Positions 1 through 11,307 are shown, counted from the whole stretch's first letter. The stretch is DNA of 64,000 nucleotides, filler included, from Barthelona sp. PAP020 (GCA_040182905.1; 17 parts of 17 records of this genome joined end to end with filler, not necessarily neighbours in it); one strand, 5' to 3'. A program made the numbers and translations. The notes: generated by a model from the letters alone, not told the origin.

Positions 1-69
1 TTTACTTTTCTTACAGCTTGTGTAACGTTCTTATTCTTATTATAAATCATTGCATATGTATTGGATCAT

Positions 70-153
70 ATTTAACAATCAGAAGTGCAAGAATAGAACT
101 TAGAACAATGTTTTTTTTGTCTTTTGGGTGAAATCCGTTCGCTTTGCTACGAA
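70..153. repeat. Repeat family R1, degenerate terminal copy
   Basis: ATCAGAAGTGCAAGAA...TCTTTTGGGTGAAATCCGTTCGCTTTGCTACGAA matches ~2000-2074 and ~43248-43322. Confidence 0.75.
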
Positions 154-705
154 CACTTCTTTCCCTTTTGTATTAAATAACATAAAAAAAAAAAAATTTG
201 CGAAACCGAGTCTTTTCTTGTTTTTGATGGAGATGTACTTTGTCCATTTGTATCGGCTACAAAAAAATTTAAATTGTTTCAAAAATATCTATTTTATTTC
301 TGGATTAAAAAGCACCAACTTTTAAGAACAAAACAGAATGATTTCATTTAATTAACAGAAAAAAATTAACTAAAAAAGTGGATTTCGTTTTGATTTGACT
401 TTTATTCAACTTTATTTTGACAAATATCTTTCTTTTATTAAAATAACTACAGATTTTATGTTGAAAAAAAAAAAAAATTGGGAAAAATTCGATAAATTTT
501 TTTCTTTGAAGTTATTTTTTAACTTCCTTACCTTCACTTCGTTAATGTCAATGTTTTTTTATCGTTATTTGATATTTGTTTATTTATTAACATAATTTTT
601 TCATTATTCATTGAATTATTTTTTTTGTTCATGTTAGGGAGGATTAATTTCGAGTGATGATACATTTTTTATTCTTTTTTAGTTGTTTCGGTTAAGAAAA
701 AATTG

Positions 706-1374
706 TTATTCTTGAACTCCTTTGAGTCGTTTGAGTTCTCTTTTAATACTTAGGACCTTATAAGGAGCGATTGTTTTGTTATGATTGAAAGAATAAAAGT
801 CAGACTTATTTACGTTTTTGAATGGAAGCCTGTTTTCTTTCTCATAAAATCGCTTGTTTCTTTCGAAGCGCATTTGGTCTTTTAATATGTTGATAGGGAG
901 ATCTATTGCTACTTGATGAGTAGCAAGTAGCAATCTTGCCGGTTCCTCAATGCCCATTTCATAAATGTGGGCCTTATCCAATTTTTTATTGGCTTTGATG
1001 AAAGCCTCGGACATCTTTATGATGTCAAATCCTTCCCTTTCGAGTTCCTAGAGGAGGAAACCCATGTGAATCAAGGAAGTCGAGTGGTAATCCGCCTTTG
1101 GGATGTTTACCACTGTGGTCTGCTTAAACGGGTGTGGATCCCGTACATTAATAGTGTCAGCTACCTCGCTGAGAACCGTTTTATAAAGGAACGGTTGGAG
1201 GTAGCTTTTCTTTTTTCCATAAATGTTTTCATTCTTTTCATCTGATATTTTGTTATCAGGAAAGGTCGACTGCATGTTTTTAAATGCATTGCACATCGAC
1301 ACCATTTTTTCCGAGATTCTTTTGATCTCGTTTTCTAATTTTTCAAGTTTGTTGTTTGATTGCGTCCCAGACAT
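706..1374 (-). pseudogene. Orphan ORF (~222 codons) with one in-frame TAG; N-terminal coiled coil; possible mobile-element ORF
   Basis: ORFs 1048..1374 and 706..1014 are in the same frame: ...HMGFLL-TAG-ELEREGFDIIK-MSEAF..., with 11 sense codons between them. Flanked by R1 copies. Confidence 0.6.
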
Positions 1375-1449
1375 GATTATAACAAGTAAATTTTGCGAAA
1401 CCGGACTATCACAACAACAAATTAAAATATAAATAAATTGAAACTTTTA

Positions 1450-2074
1450 AAAATTTTTGAAACCTTTTGAAGATATTTTCTTCCTTTGCGACTTGCCAAA
1501 TTTCCCTTCCACTTTGATGGAGCTCTGGTGTAAACTGTTACTTTCCTTCCGTGCAAGTATTGAAACCTGTACGAGTTGGATATGTTCAGACCTGTTTACG
1601 GCCCTGACATATTGAGAAATTAAATTTGTGGAAACTGGACTAACCTAACAACAAAACAGATAATGTAAAGTTCACACGACAATAATAATAAATGCTTATA
1701 AAGATCTTTATTGTTCTCGGTTGGAGTTTGGGGGTACTTGGAACTGAGTCGTTTTGCGTGAATGGTTCAGAACACTCTTAAAAAAAAGAAATACTTCCGG
1801 TTTAGATGGGCAGGTATTTAAAGAAAAGTGTATACTTTCCTTTAGCCACTTGATTCGCTTTAATGTCTCCACTTATGTTCTCTTTGTAGGATTTTGATAT
1901 TCCATATTCCCCTAATTTATTTGCTTATATCCCTAATCTTTGAATTCTTACGATTACGTTTATTATTACTTGAGCTTTTCAATTTTGATACCCATTAATA
2001 TCAGAAATTGCAAGAAGAAACCTTAAATACATTTATACTGTCTTTTGCGTGAAATCCGTATGTTTTGCTACGAA
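1450..2074. repeat. Repeat family R1, long copy
   Basis: Colinear blocks shared with ~42790-43322, e.g. TGGTGTAAACTG, GAGTTGGA.ATGTTCAGAC, GGGTACTTG.AACTGAGTC and TTTCAATTTTGATACCCATTAATATCAGAAATTGCAAGAAGAAACCT. Confidence 0.9.
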
Positions 2075-2266
2075 TATCAAAATGTTCTATTTGAAAAACG
2101 TTATTGTTCTTAATCAAACATAATCCTTTCAATTATTGTCAAAAATTTTCAATCTCAATTCTTTATTAGTTGACAAAAGAACTCATAAATTTGTAAACAT
2201 GTGTTCAAGAAAAAATCTATTTGTTCATCTATTTACTACAATTCTCTTCTTATAACCATACAATTT

Positions 2267-3187
2267 TTATACACTAATCAGAAAATCACTAAATTCCCCC
2301 GTTTCTTCTTCTACTTCTTCAAATTCTTCTTTGGACAATAACGGAGGAGATCTTTTGAACGAATATTTCTTTGTTTTCAACAGGCGAATAATTTCTTCTT
2401 GATAAAAAGCTTGTTTTTGAACAAATTTCGTCTGATATTTTTTCAATGTTGAACTTTCTTTTTTCAATTTTTTCATTTCTTTACAAAGGTTATGAATCTC
2501 TTTGTTATCATCATTATTATGCAAAATTGACTTATGAAGTTTGTTTATGACGGTCAAAAACCATTCGTTATTCTTTTTTGTCATATCTTCTTGATACATC
2601 TGTAATGCAACATTAAAACCATCAAGAGCTTCTCTAAAATGATCTTTCAATTCATTAACTATTGTTTTGTTAAAAACATCATGTGAATCCACATTGTTTT
2701 GGGAAAATAAAAAAGCAAAAGATGATTGAGATATTTGATTTGATTTTTGAGATTGAAACTTTAAAAATACAGTTTCAATATTTTTGATCAATTTATTCAC
2801 AACACTATTTTTAAAAGATTTGAAAGAATCTACATATGTCCGAGAAAATGAGTCACAATTCTTATAACTATCTATGTGACGAATTTCTTCCAAAAATATT
2901 CTTAATATATTTTCAGAAACATTCACATATGTTTTAAAAGTTTCATCTGTGCAATGATTAATTTCATTTGAAATTTCATTTTTAAACTTCAGTATTTTTT
3001 CGTAAATATCAACCAAAGAATTTATATTAAAGCTCTCTTGATTTATTTGAATTTGATTTTCTAAGTCACTATTAATATTTTCAACTTTTTCTTGTTCTTT
3101 AATCGATAATTTTTTCAATTCTTTCAATTCTTCTATTTCAATTTCAAATAAATCATCATCTATCAATTTTTTCACATTTTCAAACAT
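2267..3187 (-). CDS. Hypothetical protein (306 aa, helical/coiled-coil)
   Basis: Long ATG-initiated ORF, E/K-rich, no recognised motif. Confidence 0.7.
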   Translation of the reverse strand: MFENVKKLIDDDLFEIEIEELKELKKLSIKEQEKVENINSDLENQIQINQESFNINSLVDIYEKILKFKNEISNEINHCTDETFKTYVNVSENILRIFLEEIRHIDSYKNCDSFSRTYVDSFKSFKNSVVNKLIKNIETVFLKFQSQKSNQISQSSFAFLFSQNNVDSHDVFNKTIVNELKDHFREALDGFNVALQMYQEDMTKKNNEWFLTVINKLHKSILHNNDDNKEIHNLCKEMKKLKKESSTLKKYQTKFVQKQAFYQEEIIRLLKTKKYSFKRSPPLLSKEEFEEVEEETGEFSDFLISV

Positions 3188-3878
3188 TTAATAATATTTG
3201 AACACCAGTTAATAATATCAAAAAAATATGTTCAAATAAAATAAATTAGATCTGTTTTGAATCAAAGAAATACGACATCATTTATATTTTATTGCTAAAT
3301 CATCTTTGTGCACAAAGATTATAAAAAATTTAAAGGACAATCAAAATGGAAAGACAAACGTGAAAAAGGGATAAATTTCATCAAAAAGCAACAAAAGAAC
3401 ATTTATATGTTTTTTTGTTATGTTACAAAATTGAAAAGTTTGATGAATACAACCAAATCGTAATATTCATTTGCAAATTAATACAAGCAAATGAAAAAAT
3501 TTTCCCAGTTATAGCCCCATATTCCAACCATTAATAATAAAAGTCTTTATGAGCATTTTCAATATTGTTTTGTGCTTTCTAAATGTTATTAAACTTGAAA
3601 TTGGTCACAGACAAAATTTCACAAGGAGGGAAAAAGAAAAGCGTGAAGAAATGCGCCAGAATTTGAATCAAGCAAAATTTCTCGTATTTCAAAATTTATC
3701 AAACAATAAAACAACTAGTTGAGCTTAAGACAAATAAGAATCTAATGTTACTGGCTAATAAAGAATCTTGAAAGATTACAAAAGAAATTTTCCCAAAATT
3801 TTCAACCATTGTCTGAATTTCTTTAATCAAATTTTCTATCCAAAGTTATTGAAGTCATTTCTTTTTTTTAGGGATTCA

Positions 3879-3978
3879 NNNNNNNNNNNNNNNNNNNNNN
3901 NNNNNNNNNNNNNNNNNNNNNNTTAATTAATTAANNNNNNNNNNNNNNNNNNNNNNNNNNNNNNNNNNNNNNNNNNNN
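3879..3978. other. Artificial contig-joining linker (first of 16)
   Basis: N44-TTAATTAATTAA-N44, with stops in all six frames. Identical linkers start at 7793, 11678, 15559, 19434, 23302, 27140, 30953, 34751, 38532, 42301, 46063, 49812, 53546, 57264 and 60973. Internal contig lengths fall monotonically from 3814 to 3609 bp. Confidence 0.99.
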
Positions 3979-4098
3979 CCGTCAGATTTTACCAATAGAT
4001 GTTTCCAAGTAGGTGATGGTGTTATAAATCCTCAAATGCTTGAAACTTTGGCAACTTCTGATTCCAAAAAAGTTAAAACTTCCAGCAGAAAGAAATAG
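3979..4098 (+). CDS. 3' end of unknown gene (contig-truncated)
   Basis: Open frame from the contig start: PSDFTNRCFQVGDGVINPQMLETLATSDSKKVKTSSRKK*. Confidence 0.45.
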   Translation, partial: PSDFTNRCFQVGDGVINPQMLETLATSDSKKVKTSSRKK

Positions 4099-4360
4099 TT
4101 ATTTTGCTAAGTTGATTTGTTTTTTGAAATGAACGATATATATGTGTAAAATGTTTTTTTAAGTTCTTTTTTTTCTTTTTTTAGATTATTGTTGTTGTGG
4201 TTTTTCTGAAAACAAAACAAAACAAAAAACAATACATTTACATTTGGTTATTGAGAAAATTCCTCTCATTGACTAAAATATTGGACAATGAAAAATCAAA
4301 AGGAAAAGCAGGTTTGACTTCAGAAATTTTCTCCCATTTATTTCATTTTGGTGCAAAAAT

Positions 4361-5212
4361 TTATCTTTTTTCTCTAACACTATTTTGTTTTCTGTTAATT
4401 TTCCGAACACACTTTTTCAAATTTTCCTCTGTCCAATTTTCGTTAATTTCTTCTAATTTTGGCAATTCTTTTGAGTCAAAACTGAAAGAGACAAAAACGA
4501 CATCTGGAAATAGCGACACCAAATTAACAATAAAACTTCTAATTGATTTGGACTTACTATTTGATTTCAACTCACGAAGGTATTCCAAAATAATTTCATT
4601 TTCACTCAATTGACGATTGGACATTGATTTCTTAAACCTTTCCATATTTTCAAAGAAATTAAAAACATCAAACAATTTTCCTTCATATTTTTGTAAAAAG
4701 GTTTTGATGTTGCTTTTCCTTTTTTCAGTTAAACCCAAGCCTGATTGGCATTTACGAGAAATGTAGGCAGATATACTCTCATACGACGTATCGAGTTCAT
4801 CATCTTTGTTCAAGTTTGGCTTTAGTACATTTGAAACAAACTCGGAAGAAGATTCTCTGCACAGTTCATACAATTCTTCTTCGGATTTATTTTCGAAAAC
4901 TCCAAGCAAAATATTTTTCATTTCAATTTCTTGCAACCCGATTTCATTAGTTAAAGCACCCATAGCCGCAGTTACATTTTGAAATCTTGTGGGTAAACTG
5001 AAATTTTGAATCCATTGAATCGTTTTAACGTCATGGTCTTTGAGCAAACTAAGTTCATAGGCTGAATATTCGTTTTTAACATTAATTGTGTTGATTATTT
5101 CAGAAATGTCATTTTTCACAATGTCAGGATGAGATATCAAATATTCTATTAAAATTGAACCCCAATTTTCATTTTTGTTGTATTTTTCAATTAATTCTTC
5201 CACTATATTCAT
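4361..5212 (-). CDS. Hypothetical protein (~283 aa)
   Basis: Long ORF. First ATG gives MNIVEEL at 5212; the upstream part of the called ORF is T-rich and UTR-like. Confidence 0.7.
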   Translation of the reverse strand: MNIVEELIEKYNKNENWGSILIEYLISHPDIVKNDISEIINTINVKNEYSAYELSLLKDHDVKTIQWIQNFSLPTRFQNVTAAMGALTNEIGLQEIEMKNILLGVFENKSEEELYELCRESSSEFVSNVLKPNLNKDDELDTSYESISAYISRKCQSGLGLTEKRKSNIKTFLQKYEGKLFDVFNFFENMERFKKSMSNRQLSENEIILEYLRELKSNSKSKSIRSFIVNLVSLFPDVVFVSFSFDSKELPKLEEINENWTEENLKKCVRKINRKQNSVREKR

Positions 5213-5499
5213 CAATTTGAAAAAAAAAAAAGAATTAAAAAAAAATTTTGAGTTTTTAGTCAAAACATTAAAAATTGATTTGAGAAATTGCTTTGTGAAA
5301 GATTCATTTTCCAACTAAGTACAATTACAAATGAAGATAGAATGAAAATAACATTGTTCAAGATATTGTTGAAAATTGTTCGATGAAAAATCATAAAATT
5401 TATAATTACGTTTAATTTTTTAAAACAAGAAGACGTTGGAATGATTAAAAAGTGGAAAAAAAATTTCATTTTTCCATTTCTTTTTTTTTTTGGTTGAAA

Positions 5500-6567
5500 A
5501 TGAGTCAAAGTGATTCAGATATATCAGATTTTGAGACAAATTCCGAAAATGATACTTCAGTCAACGACAATACAACATCAATAACGTCTATTATCAATGT
5601 TAATGAGTATATTGCAGTATGTTGTTATGAAATGTTCGTACCAATACTTGATTCAAAAACATTAAAATTACAAACAATTATTACACATGAATCAATAAAA
5701 TGGCCAATAACTAGTGTTGCTTCTTGCAAAGAACATCCTCAAATTTTGTGCTTGGGTTCCAATGAACGAGGCTTAGTCTGGATATTTGATATAGAAGCTT
5801 TTTTGGATTCTGGTGAAGGTTTGATTGATATTTTGGAAATTCAAGGCACTGTTCAGTGTATGGCAATGAACAGCAATGGTGTTTTGGCTATTGGAAGCAA
5901 AAGTCTTATTACTTTATTTGATTTGACAACGAATGAAATCGTTGCATCTTTTAGTGATGTACATTATGGCAACATTCATATTTTGAAATTTCATCCATTG
6001 AACAATAACTTATTGATGAGTGGTGGAAGCGATTATTTAGTTTGTTTGTTAAATTTAGATGATCCAGATTATGATGCTGAAACATCCGACATGTCACCCA
6101 TATTACACATTTTTTCTTGTGGTGGTCAAGTTTCCTTTTGTGAGTTTACTGGTCCTGAACTATCTTATGTGACTACAGTAACTGATGATAACCTTTTTGG
6201 AATTTTTTCACTGGAAAATGGTGACATTGAAATTGAACCAGTTTCTTTACATGAAAAAATTGAAAAACAATATTTAATTGGCAGTTATCTTTTTGATTAC
6301 ACTCCTCTTTTAATTTCTGCAGATGTGGATGGTAGTTTTATGATATTGCAAGTTGATTATGACACTGAAACTAATAAGATTGATGTTCTACCAACAATGG
6401 AATTTCAAGAGCATATTGATTTAATCAGATGTTCATTGTTTCAAGAAAATTTAAATGAATTAATTACTACTGGTGATGATTGCTTTATCATTCGTTGGGA
6501 TTTATCCACCCAGAAAGTTATTGCCAAAGTGAATTTATTGGATGAGTTGCACTTAGTTGATCACTAA
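5500..6567 (+). CDS. WD40-repeat protein, WDR89-like
   Basis: FSDVHYGNIHILKFHPLNNNLLMSGGSDYLVCL and HIDLIRC...LITTGDDCFIIRWD resemble WDR89 blades. ATG at 5500. Confidence 0.7.
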   Translation: MSQSDSDISDFETNSENDTSVNDNTTSITSIINVNEYIAVCCYEMFVPILDSKTLKLQTIITHESIKWPITSVASCKEHPQILCLGSNERGLVWIFDIEAFLDSGEGLIDILEIQGTVQCMAMNSNGVLAIGSKSLITLFDLTTNEIVASFSDVHYGNIHILKFHPLNNNLLMSGGSDYLVCLLNLDDPDYDAETSDMSPILHIFSCGGQVSFCEFTGPELSYVTTVTDDNLFGIFSLENGDIEIEPVSLHEKIEKQYLIGSYLFDYTPLLISADVDGSFMILQVDYDTETNKIDVLPTMEFQEHIDLIRCSLFQENLNELITTGDDCFIIRWDLSTQKVIAKVNLLDELHLVDH

Positions 6568-6720
6568 AACTGCAAAAAAGAAATTGAATTTTTTTTTTTT
6601 TTTTTGATTTGATTTGACATGAGTGATGCCCTTTCAATTTTTTTTTAGTTGACATATTATTCTTTATAAACTCTCAAATAATTGTTTTTTTTTTGTTTTA
6701 ATTCTTCCACATCAGAGTTG

Positions 6721-7467
6721 ATGAAGAAATATTTTTATTTTGTTGTTCTGTTTTGTTTTTTAGCAACACATATAACATGTTCAAAGGACATAGAAGACGA
6801 ATCGTTCATCAGAATTGTTTCAACAATGCAAGATGAAGATGAAGCAAATGAAATTCATCTTTTATTGACATATTTTATTGATTCTCAATTATTACATATT
6901 GAAATAACTCCACAAAAAGATGAAGAACCTGTGAAAATAGACTATTTTAGCATTTTTGAAAAAGAGGATGATGAATACATAATTTATGATATTATTCCAT
7001 TTGAATTAGTTCAATCATTAACCAACAGCTATTATGGTTTTGATGTTGTTGATGAAGATCCTTTTTATGACATTGTTAAAAGTATTGATGATTATTATAT
7101 TGCAGCAATTATTGGGGAAGATATCATGTACGTTGGAGAACTTGAAAAGTATCAATTTAATCCCAAAATTAAGGTAGTTGATGATACTTTTGATGATTCT
7201 ACTGTACCAAAAACAAAAAATGATGGAGATAGTCCAATTGGGGGCACTGTATATGTTAAACCTTTGAACAAACAAACAGATAATGATACTGAAATGCAGT
7301 TGAATGATGGAGATGTGTCTTTGGTCCATGATATCGAGTCGACATTGATTGATGATGTAAATCCAACTTTGACCAATGATATGGGCTCAAACTTGGTGAA
7401 TAATGATGTCACAGAGGAAAATATTGCCCAACCTCAAGTGAATAATCAAGTCTTTGCTGAATTATAA
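6721..7467 (+). CDS. Acidic secreted/lumenal protein with signal peptide
   Basis: MKKYFYFVVLFCFLATHITCS signal-like start followed by D/E-rich sequence. Confidence 0.7.
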   Translation: MKKYFYFVVLFCFLATHITCSKDIEDESFIRIVSTMQDEDEANEIHLLLTYFIDSQLLHIEITPQKDEEPVKIDYFSIFEKEDDEYIIYDIIPFELVQSLTNSYYGFDVVDEDPFYDIVKSIDDYYIAAIIGEDIMYVGELEKYQFNPKIKVVDDTFDDSTVPKTKNDGDSPIGGTVYVKPLNKQTDNDTEMQLNDGDVSLVHDIESTLIDDVNPTLTNDMGSNLVNNDVTEENIAQPQVNNQVFAEL

Positions 7468-7893
7468 TGTGCTCAAACAAATTTCGTAAATTTTCTATTC
7501 GTTTTCTTATTCAATTAAATCATGTGACAACAAAATTGGTTTGACAATATCAATTAAATGAGTGTTTCACCATGAAAGAAATGGTTGAATCTTTTGAATA
7601 TGTTAGGGTGAAGGTTTTGCTTGAATTAAACACCATTTTGGTTGATGTTTTCAATTTTGAAAATTTTCTCCTTTTTTTTGGTTGGTAATAAAGGAACCAA
7701 ACACAATTTTTCAACAAAAAAGCAAGCAAGAATATTTATTCATCATCCTCATCAATCACACGAATTTCTTCCCTAACCAATTCCAAAACTGGNNNNNNNN
7801 NNNNNNNNNNNNNNNNNNNNNNNNNNNNNNNNNNNNTTAATTAATTAANNNNNNNNNNNNNNNNNNNNNNNNNNNNNNNNNNNNNNNNNNNNA

Positions 7894-8004
7894 TTCTCCG
7901 AAGCTCGTGAAGATCTTGCTGCCCTTGAAAAGGATTATGAAGAAGTTGGTATTGATTCTTCTGATGCTGGTGCTGAAAATGAAGATGATTATGCTGATTA
8001 TTAA
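7894..8004 (+). CDS. TUBA: Alpha-tubulin, 3' end (contig-truncated)
   Basis: [36 protein letters not shown]. Confidence 0.97.
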   Translation, partial: FSEAREDLAALEKDYEEVGIDSSDAGAENEDDYADY

Positions 8005-8222
8005 GCAAAATCCTTTTGAAATTGTAAACTTTGTTTCACATTTTTATTATTATGATGATGAGATTGATTTTTTTGTGGTTTTTTGAGAGAGATAGAATTG
8101 ACATCCTCCAACCCAAATTCTTTTCAAGCATTTCTTTGAACACTTTTAAACACAAACAAAAAGTAAAAAGTGGTTTAAAAGAAAAAGAAAGAACAATTGG
8201 AATACATTTATAAAAAGAGAGA

Positions 8223-9362
8223 TTAATGATTTTTTTGTTTTAAAATTTGTGATTTGTATTTTTTAGAATCCTTGACACCTGCTTGGGTTTCTAATTCATC
8301 CAACATGTCAGCAAGAATGTTTGGATCAAAAACCCCTTGATTCTGTGCTATTTGATTGTAACATCTGTGGAGTTCTTGATTTGTGGAAGATAGTGTGTCA
8401 TTTAATTGAAGTATTGTATCTTCCAATTCTACAATTTTTTCATCATTCAAGAAATTCAATTTTTTTCTTTCTTCGATTTCATCTTTTGCTATTTCTAATT
8501 CTTTTTCAAGTTTATCAAGCTCACTTTGTAAGTTTTGAAGTTGTGAATTATGCATAGCAAATTTTTGATCATCATTTTGCTTCAATTTTAATAATTCTTC
8601 CTCTAATTCTTGTATTTTTATCATATTTTCTTTGTCAGCGTTATTCTTTTCTTCAATTATGTTTTTGATTTCCAAATTTTTTTCTTTCAAAATATCTTTT
8701 ATTTTGACCAATTTTTCATCATCAATAAATGTTTTTTCCCTGTGTTCCTCGATCTCTTCACCCATTTCAATTATTTTTTGCTGAAATTCAAAATTTTTCT
8801 TTTTAAGCAATTCAATAGTATCCTTTAATTTTTGAGTTTCTGCAGCAAATTTAAGCTTTTCTTCATAAAATGAATTAATTTTCATATCGTTTTGCATTGA
8901 AAATTCCAATAAAATCTTATTTTTTTCATTGACAAATTCATCATTACTCTTTGAAAGTAACTCCTTACAATCCAATAATTCTTGTTGTAAATCACTTTTA
9001 TCATGTTGTAAACTGGTTATATGTTTTCTTAATTCCAAATTTTCATTTTCCATTTGTTTCAACTTTTCATCACATATTAATTTTAAATTTTCTAATTGTT
9101 GTTCATGTTTATTCAATTGTTGTTTATTAGTTGCTTTGATAAATATCAAATCATCATCTTTTTGTTTCAGTTTAATACTTAATTCACTATTTTGCATTCT
9201 TAATTTTTGATTTTCTGTTTTATATTCCAACATATTTGTTTGATATTTGGTTAATAATTCATTTCCCATTTCAATTTCATGAAGATTATGAAGATATGCA
9301 TCATTCAATTCTCTTAATCGATAATTTAATTCTAATATTTTTGCATCTTTTAAATCTTTCAT
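8223..9362 (-). CDS. Coiled-coil protein (379 aa)
   Basis: Continuous E/K/L/Q heptad-like ORF. Confidence 0.75.
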   Translation of the reverse strand: MKDLKDAKILELNYRLRELNDAYLHNLHEIEMGNELLTKYQTNMLEYKTENQKLRMQNSELSIKLKQKDDDLIFIKATNKQQLNKHEQQLENLKLICDEKLKQMENENLELRKHITSLQHDKSDLQQELLDCKELLSKSNDEFVNEKNKILLEFSMQNDMKINSFYEEKLKFAAETQKLKDTIELLKKKNFEFQQKIIEMGEEIEEHREKTFIDDEKLVKIKDILKEKNLEIKNIIEEKNNADKENMIKIQELEEELLKLKQNDDQKFAMHNSQLQNLQSELDKLEKELEIAKDEIEERKKLNFLNDEKIVELEDTILQLNDTLSSTNQELHRCYNQIAQNQGVFDPNILADMLDELETQAGVKDSKKYKSQILKQKNH

Positions 9363-9420
9363 TCATTAACACTCAATAAATTACAATGCTTAAAAAAAAA
9401 AAAAACAAGAAAGGTGTATT

Positions 9421-11307
9421 TTACGAAAAATGTGTTAAAGACAAATTTGATTCATTAAAACGCAGACATTTCAAACATGCTTCATTAATAGTCGAAAAAA
9501 TTTCACTAACTCTTTTATTTTCCATAGATTCAGACAAAAATTCAAAATCTTCATCCGTAAATGTGTGAGGTATATTGAAAAATCTCCTTTTCAACACTTT
9601 GATGATTTCATCTTTGTTCCAATTTTGCAAATCAATATGTATGTCTAATCTTCCAGGACGACTTAAAGCAGTATCTATTGATCCGATAGTTGGACAAATT
9701 CCAATGTAGAAAATTCTATTCTCCTCCAAATAGTCAATACCATCCATACTTGTTAAAATTTGGGAAAGTATTCTGTCAAAAGTTTTATGTACTGAATGAT
9801 CATTCCCTCTTTTTGACCCTAAAATGTGTAAATTGTCCATAACTATAACTGATGGTGAGTTTTCCCTTGCAAAACCAACAATTCTGGAAACATTCTTTTC
9901 AGATTCTCCAACATATCCACCAATAATGTTCTCAGGGGATAAATGATAAACATTAATGTTGTTGAATGTGGACAAAACATACGAAACAAGAAATGACTTA
10001 CCACTTCCTGATTCTCCAGTGATCAAAGCGCCTGTGGTTCTTTTCCATACTGAATTATCTTGTTGAAATAATGAATCCTCAATAGCTTGTCTTAAACGCT
10101 CAATTTCAATGTCATATCCATAAGGAAAGGGCATTTTTCTTGTGTTTGCATCAGATCCATTGTTTATTTGCTTTCTTAAATTGTAAGCAATCTGGTTTGC
10201 TGTCTTTCCCCCTTGTTTTAAAGTTTCAAATGCTAATTCAGACACAAATTGACTCATTAATCCACTATTAAAGCCTTCAGTTAAACTAGGAACTACATTA
10301 AACTTCAAATTATCTAAAATAATGGACCTTTCAGTTTCATCTGGAGAAAGCAATTTGATATCAAAAGCTTCTGGAAAAACATTACGAATAAACGGTCTTA
10401 TAACATCATTTGGCTCCATTCGAACAGCACCAATGACAAAAACATCTTCTGGAAGCTGTTGAAAGAATGTTAAAATTTTCTCTAAACTTCGGGAAAATTT
10501 CACTGTTTCTGAAAATTGCGAAAAAAATAAGTGTTGCAGATTGTCTAACAAATAATATTTAGCTTTTATTTCGGTATTAAAACTGCCTTCTGAAAAATCA
10601 CCATCAATGGCATCAAAATATTCAATTTCATTTAATTTTGTTTTCAAATGATTCAATAAATATGTTTTTCCAGTGCCTTTTCCACCAATCAGCAAAAATT
10701 TGAAAATTCGCTTGTTTTTATGTAAACGTGAAAGCAGTTCTTCAATAACCCTCATAGATCCATAATAACAAGAAGGAATATCCAATTTTATATCATAAGA
10801 ACTCACTTTGACTCGAGTATCTTTTGTTAATTGACTAATGTTTGAACTACTCCTAAATTGAACTAACATGGGATAATTAAGTATAAATGAATACATATAT
10901 TGACCATCATGAAACGTTTCATTAAAAAATTCGATTCGAAACATTTTTTCAAACGATGAAAACAAACGAATATTATTTTGTGGCACAAAAATTGTCACTT
11001 CTTTGCAATTTTTAATCGATTTTTCTCCAATATTAGTTATTTGAATATTATCACCTTCCTTTATTCTTAAAGTCTTTGCTACACTTGGAGTTATAATAAA
11101 ATCTTCTTCAAATTCACAAATATTTGAACTAACAACATTCACTATTGCTTTGTTACCTGAATCACTTGTTAATTTCACGTATTCTGACAATTCAACATTG
11201 TTCGAAAAAATTATTGACTTAAAATACAATGGATTCGATATATTACTGATATCCTCATGTTCAACAATTTCATGAGAGATAATTTTTGAAACTCTAATTT
11301 TCGACAT
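9421..11307 (-). CDS. Type II (double-ring) AAA+ protein, CDC48/AFG2/PEX1-6 group, degenerate catalytic motifs
   Basis: Walker A GGKGTGKT and GESGSGKS; pore loop GGYVGESE; DRILSQILTSMDGI; SRH IDTALSRPGRLD. Confidence 0.9.
   Translation of the reverse strand: MSKIRVSKIISHEIVEHEDISNISNPLYFKSIIFSNNVELSEYVKLTSDSGNKAIVNVVSSNICEFEEDFIITPSVAKTLRIKEGDNIQITNIGEKSIKNCKEVTIFVPQNNIRLFSSFEKMFRIEFFNETFHDGQYMYSFILNYPMLVQFRSSSNISQLTKDTRVKVSSYDIKLDIPSCYYGSMRVIEELLSRLHKNKRIFKFLLIGGKGTGKTYLLNHLKTKLNEIEYFDAIDGDFSEGSFNTEIKAKYYLLDNLQHLFFSQFSETVKFSRSLEKILTFFQQLPEDVFVIGAVRMEPNDVIRPFIRNVFPEAFDIKLLSPDETERSIILDNLKFNVVPSLTEGFNSGLMSQFVSELAFETLKQGGKTANQIAYNLRKQINNGSDANTRKMPFPYGYDIEIERLRQAIEDSLFQQDNSVWKRTTGALITGESGSGKSFLVSYVLSTFNNINVYHLSPENIIGGYVGESEKNVSRIVGFARENSPSVIVMDNLHILGSKRGNDHSVHKTFDRILSQILTSMDGIDYLEENRIFYIGICPTIGSIDTALSRPGRLDIHIDLQNWNKDEIIKVLKRRFFNIPHTFTDEDFEFLSESMENKRVSEIFSTINEACLKCLRFNESNLSLTHFS

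Noticed and set aside
1048..1050. Reassigned stop codons (TAG here, TGA at 50529)
   Set aside because: Intact genes end in TAA, TAG (13579, 33916) and TGA (26760, 35406), and long conserved ORFs have no internal stops, so the standard code fits.
7894..8004. Asp-rich alpha-tubulin tail ending ADY
   Set aside because: Tubulin tails vary widely among protists and the terminal Tyr is retained.
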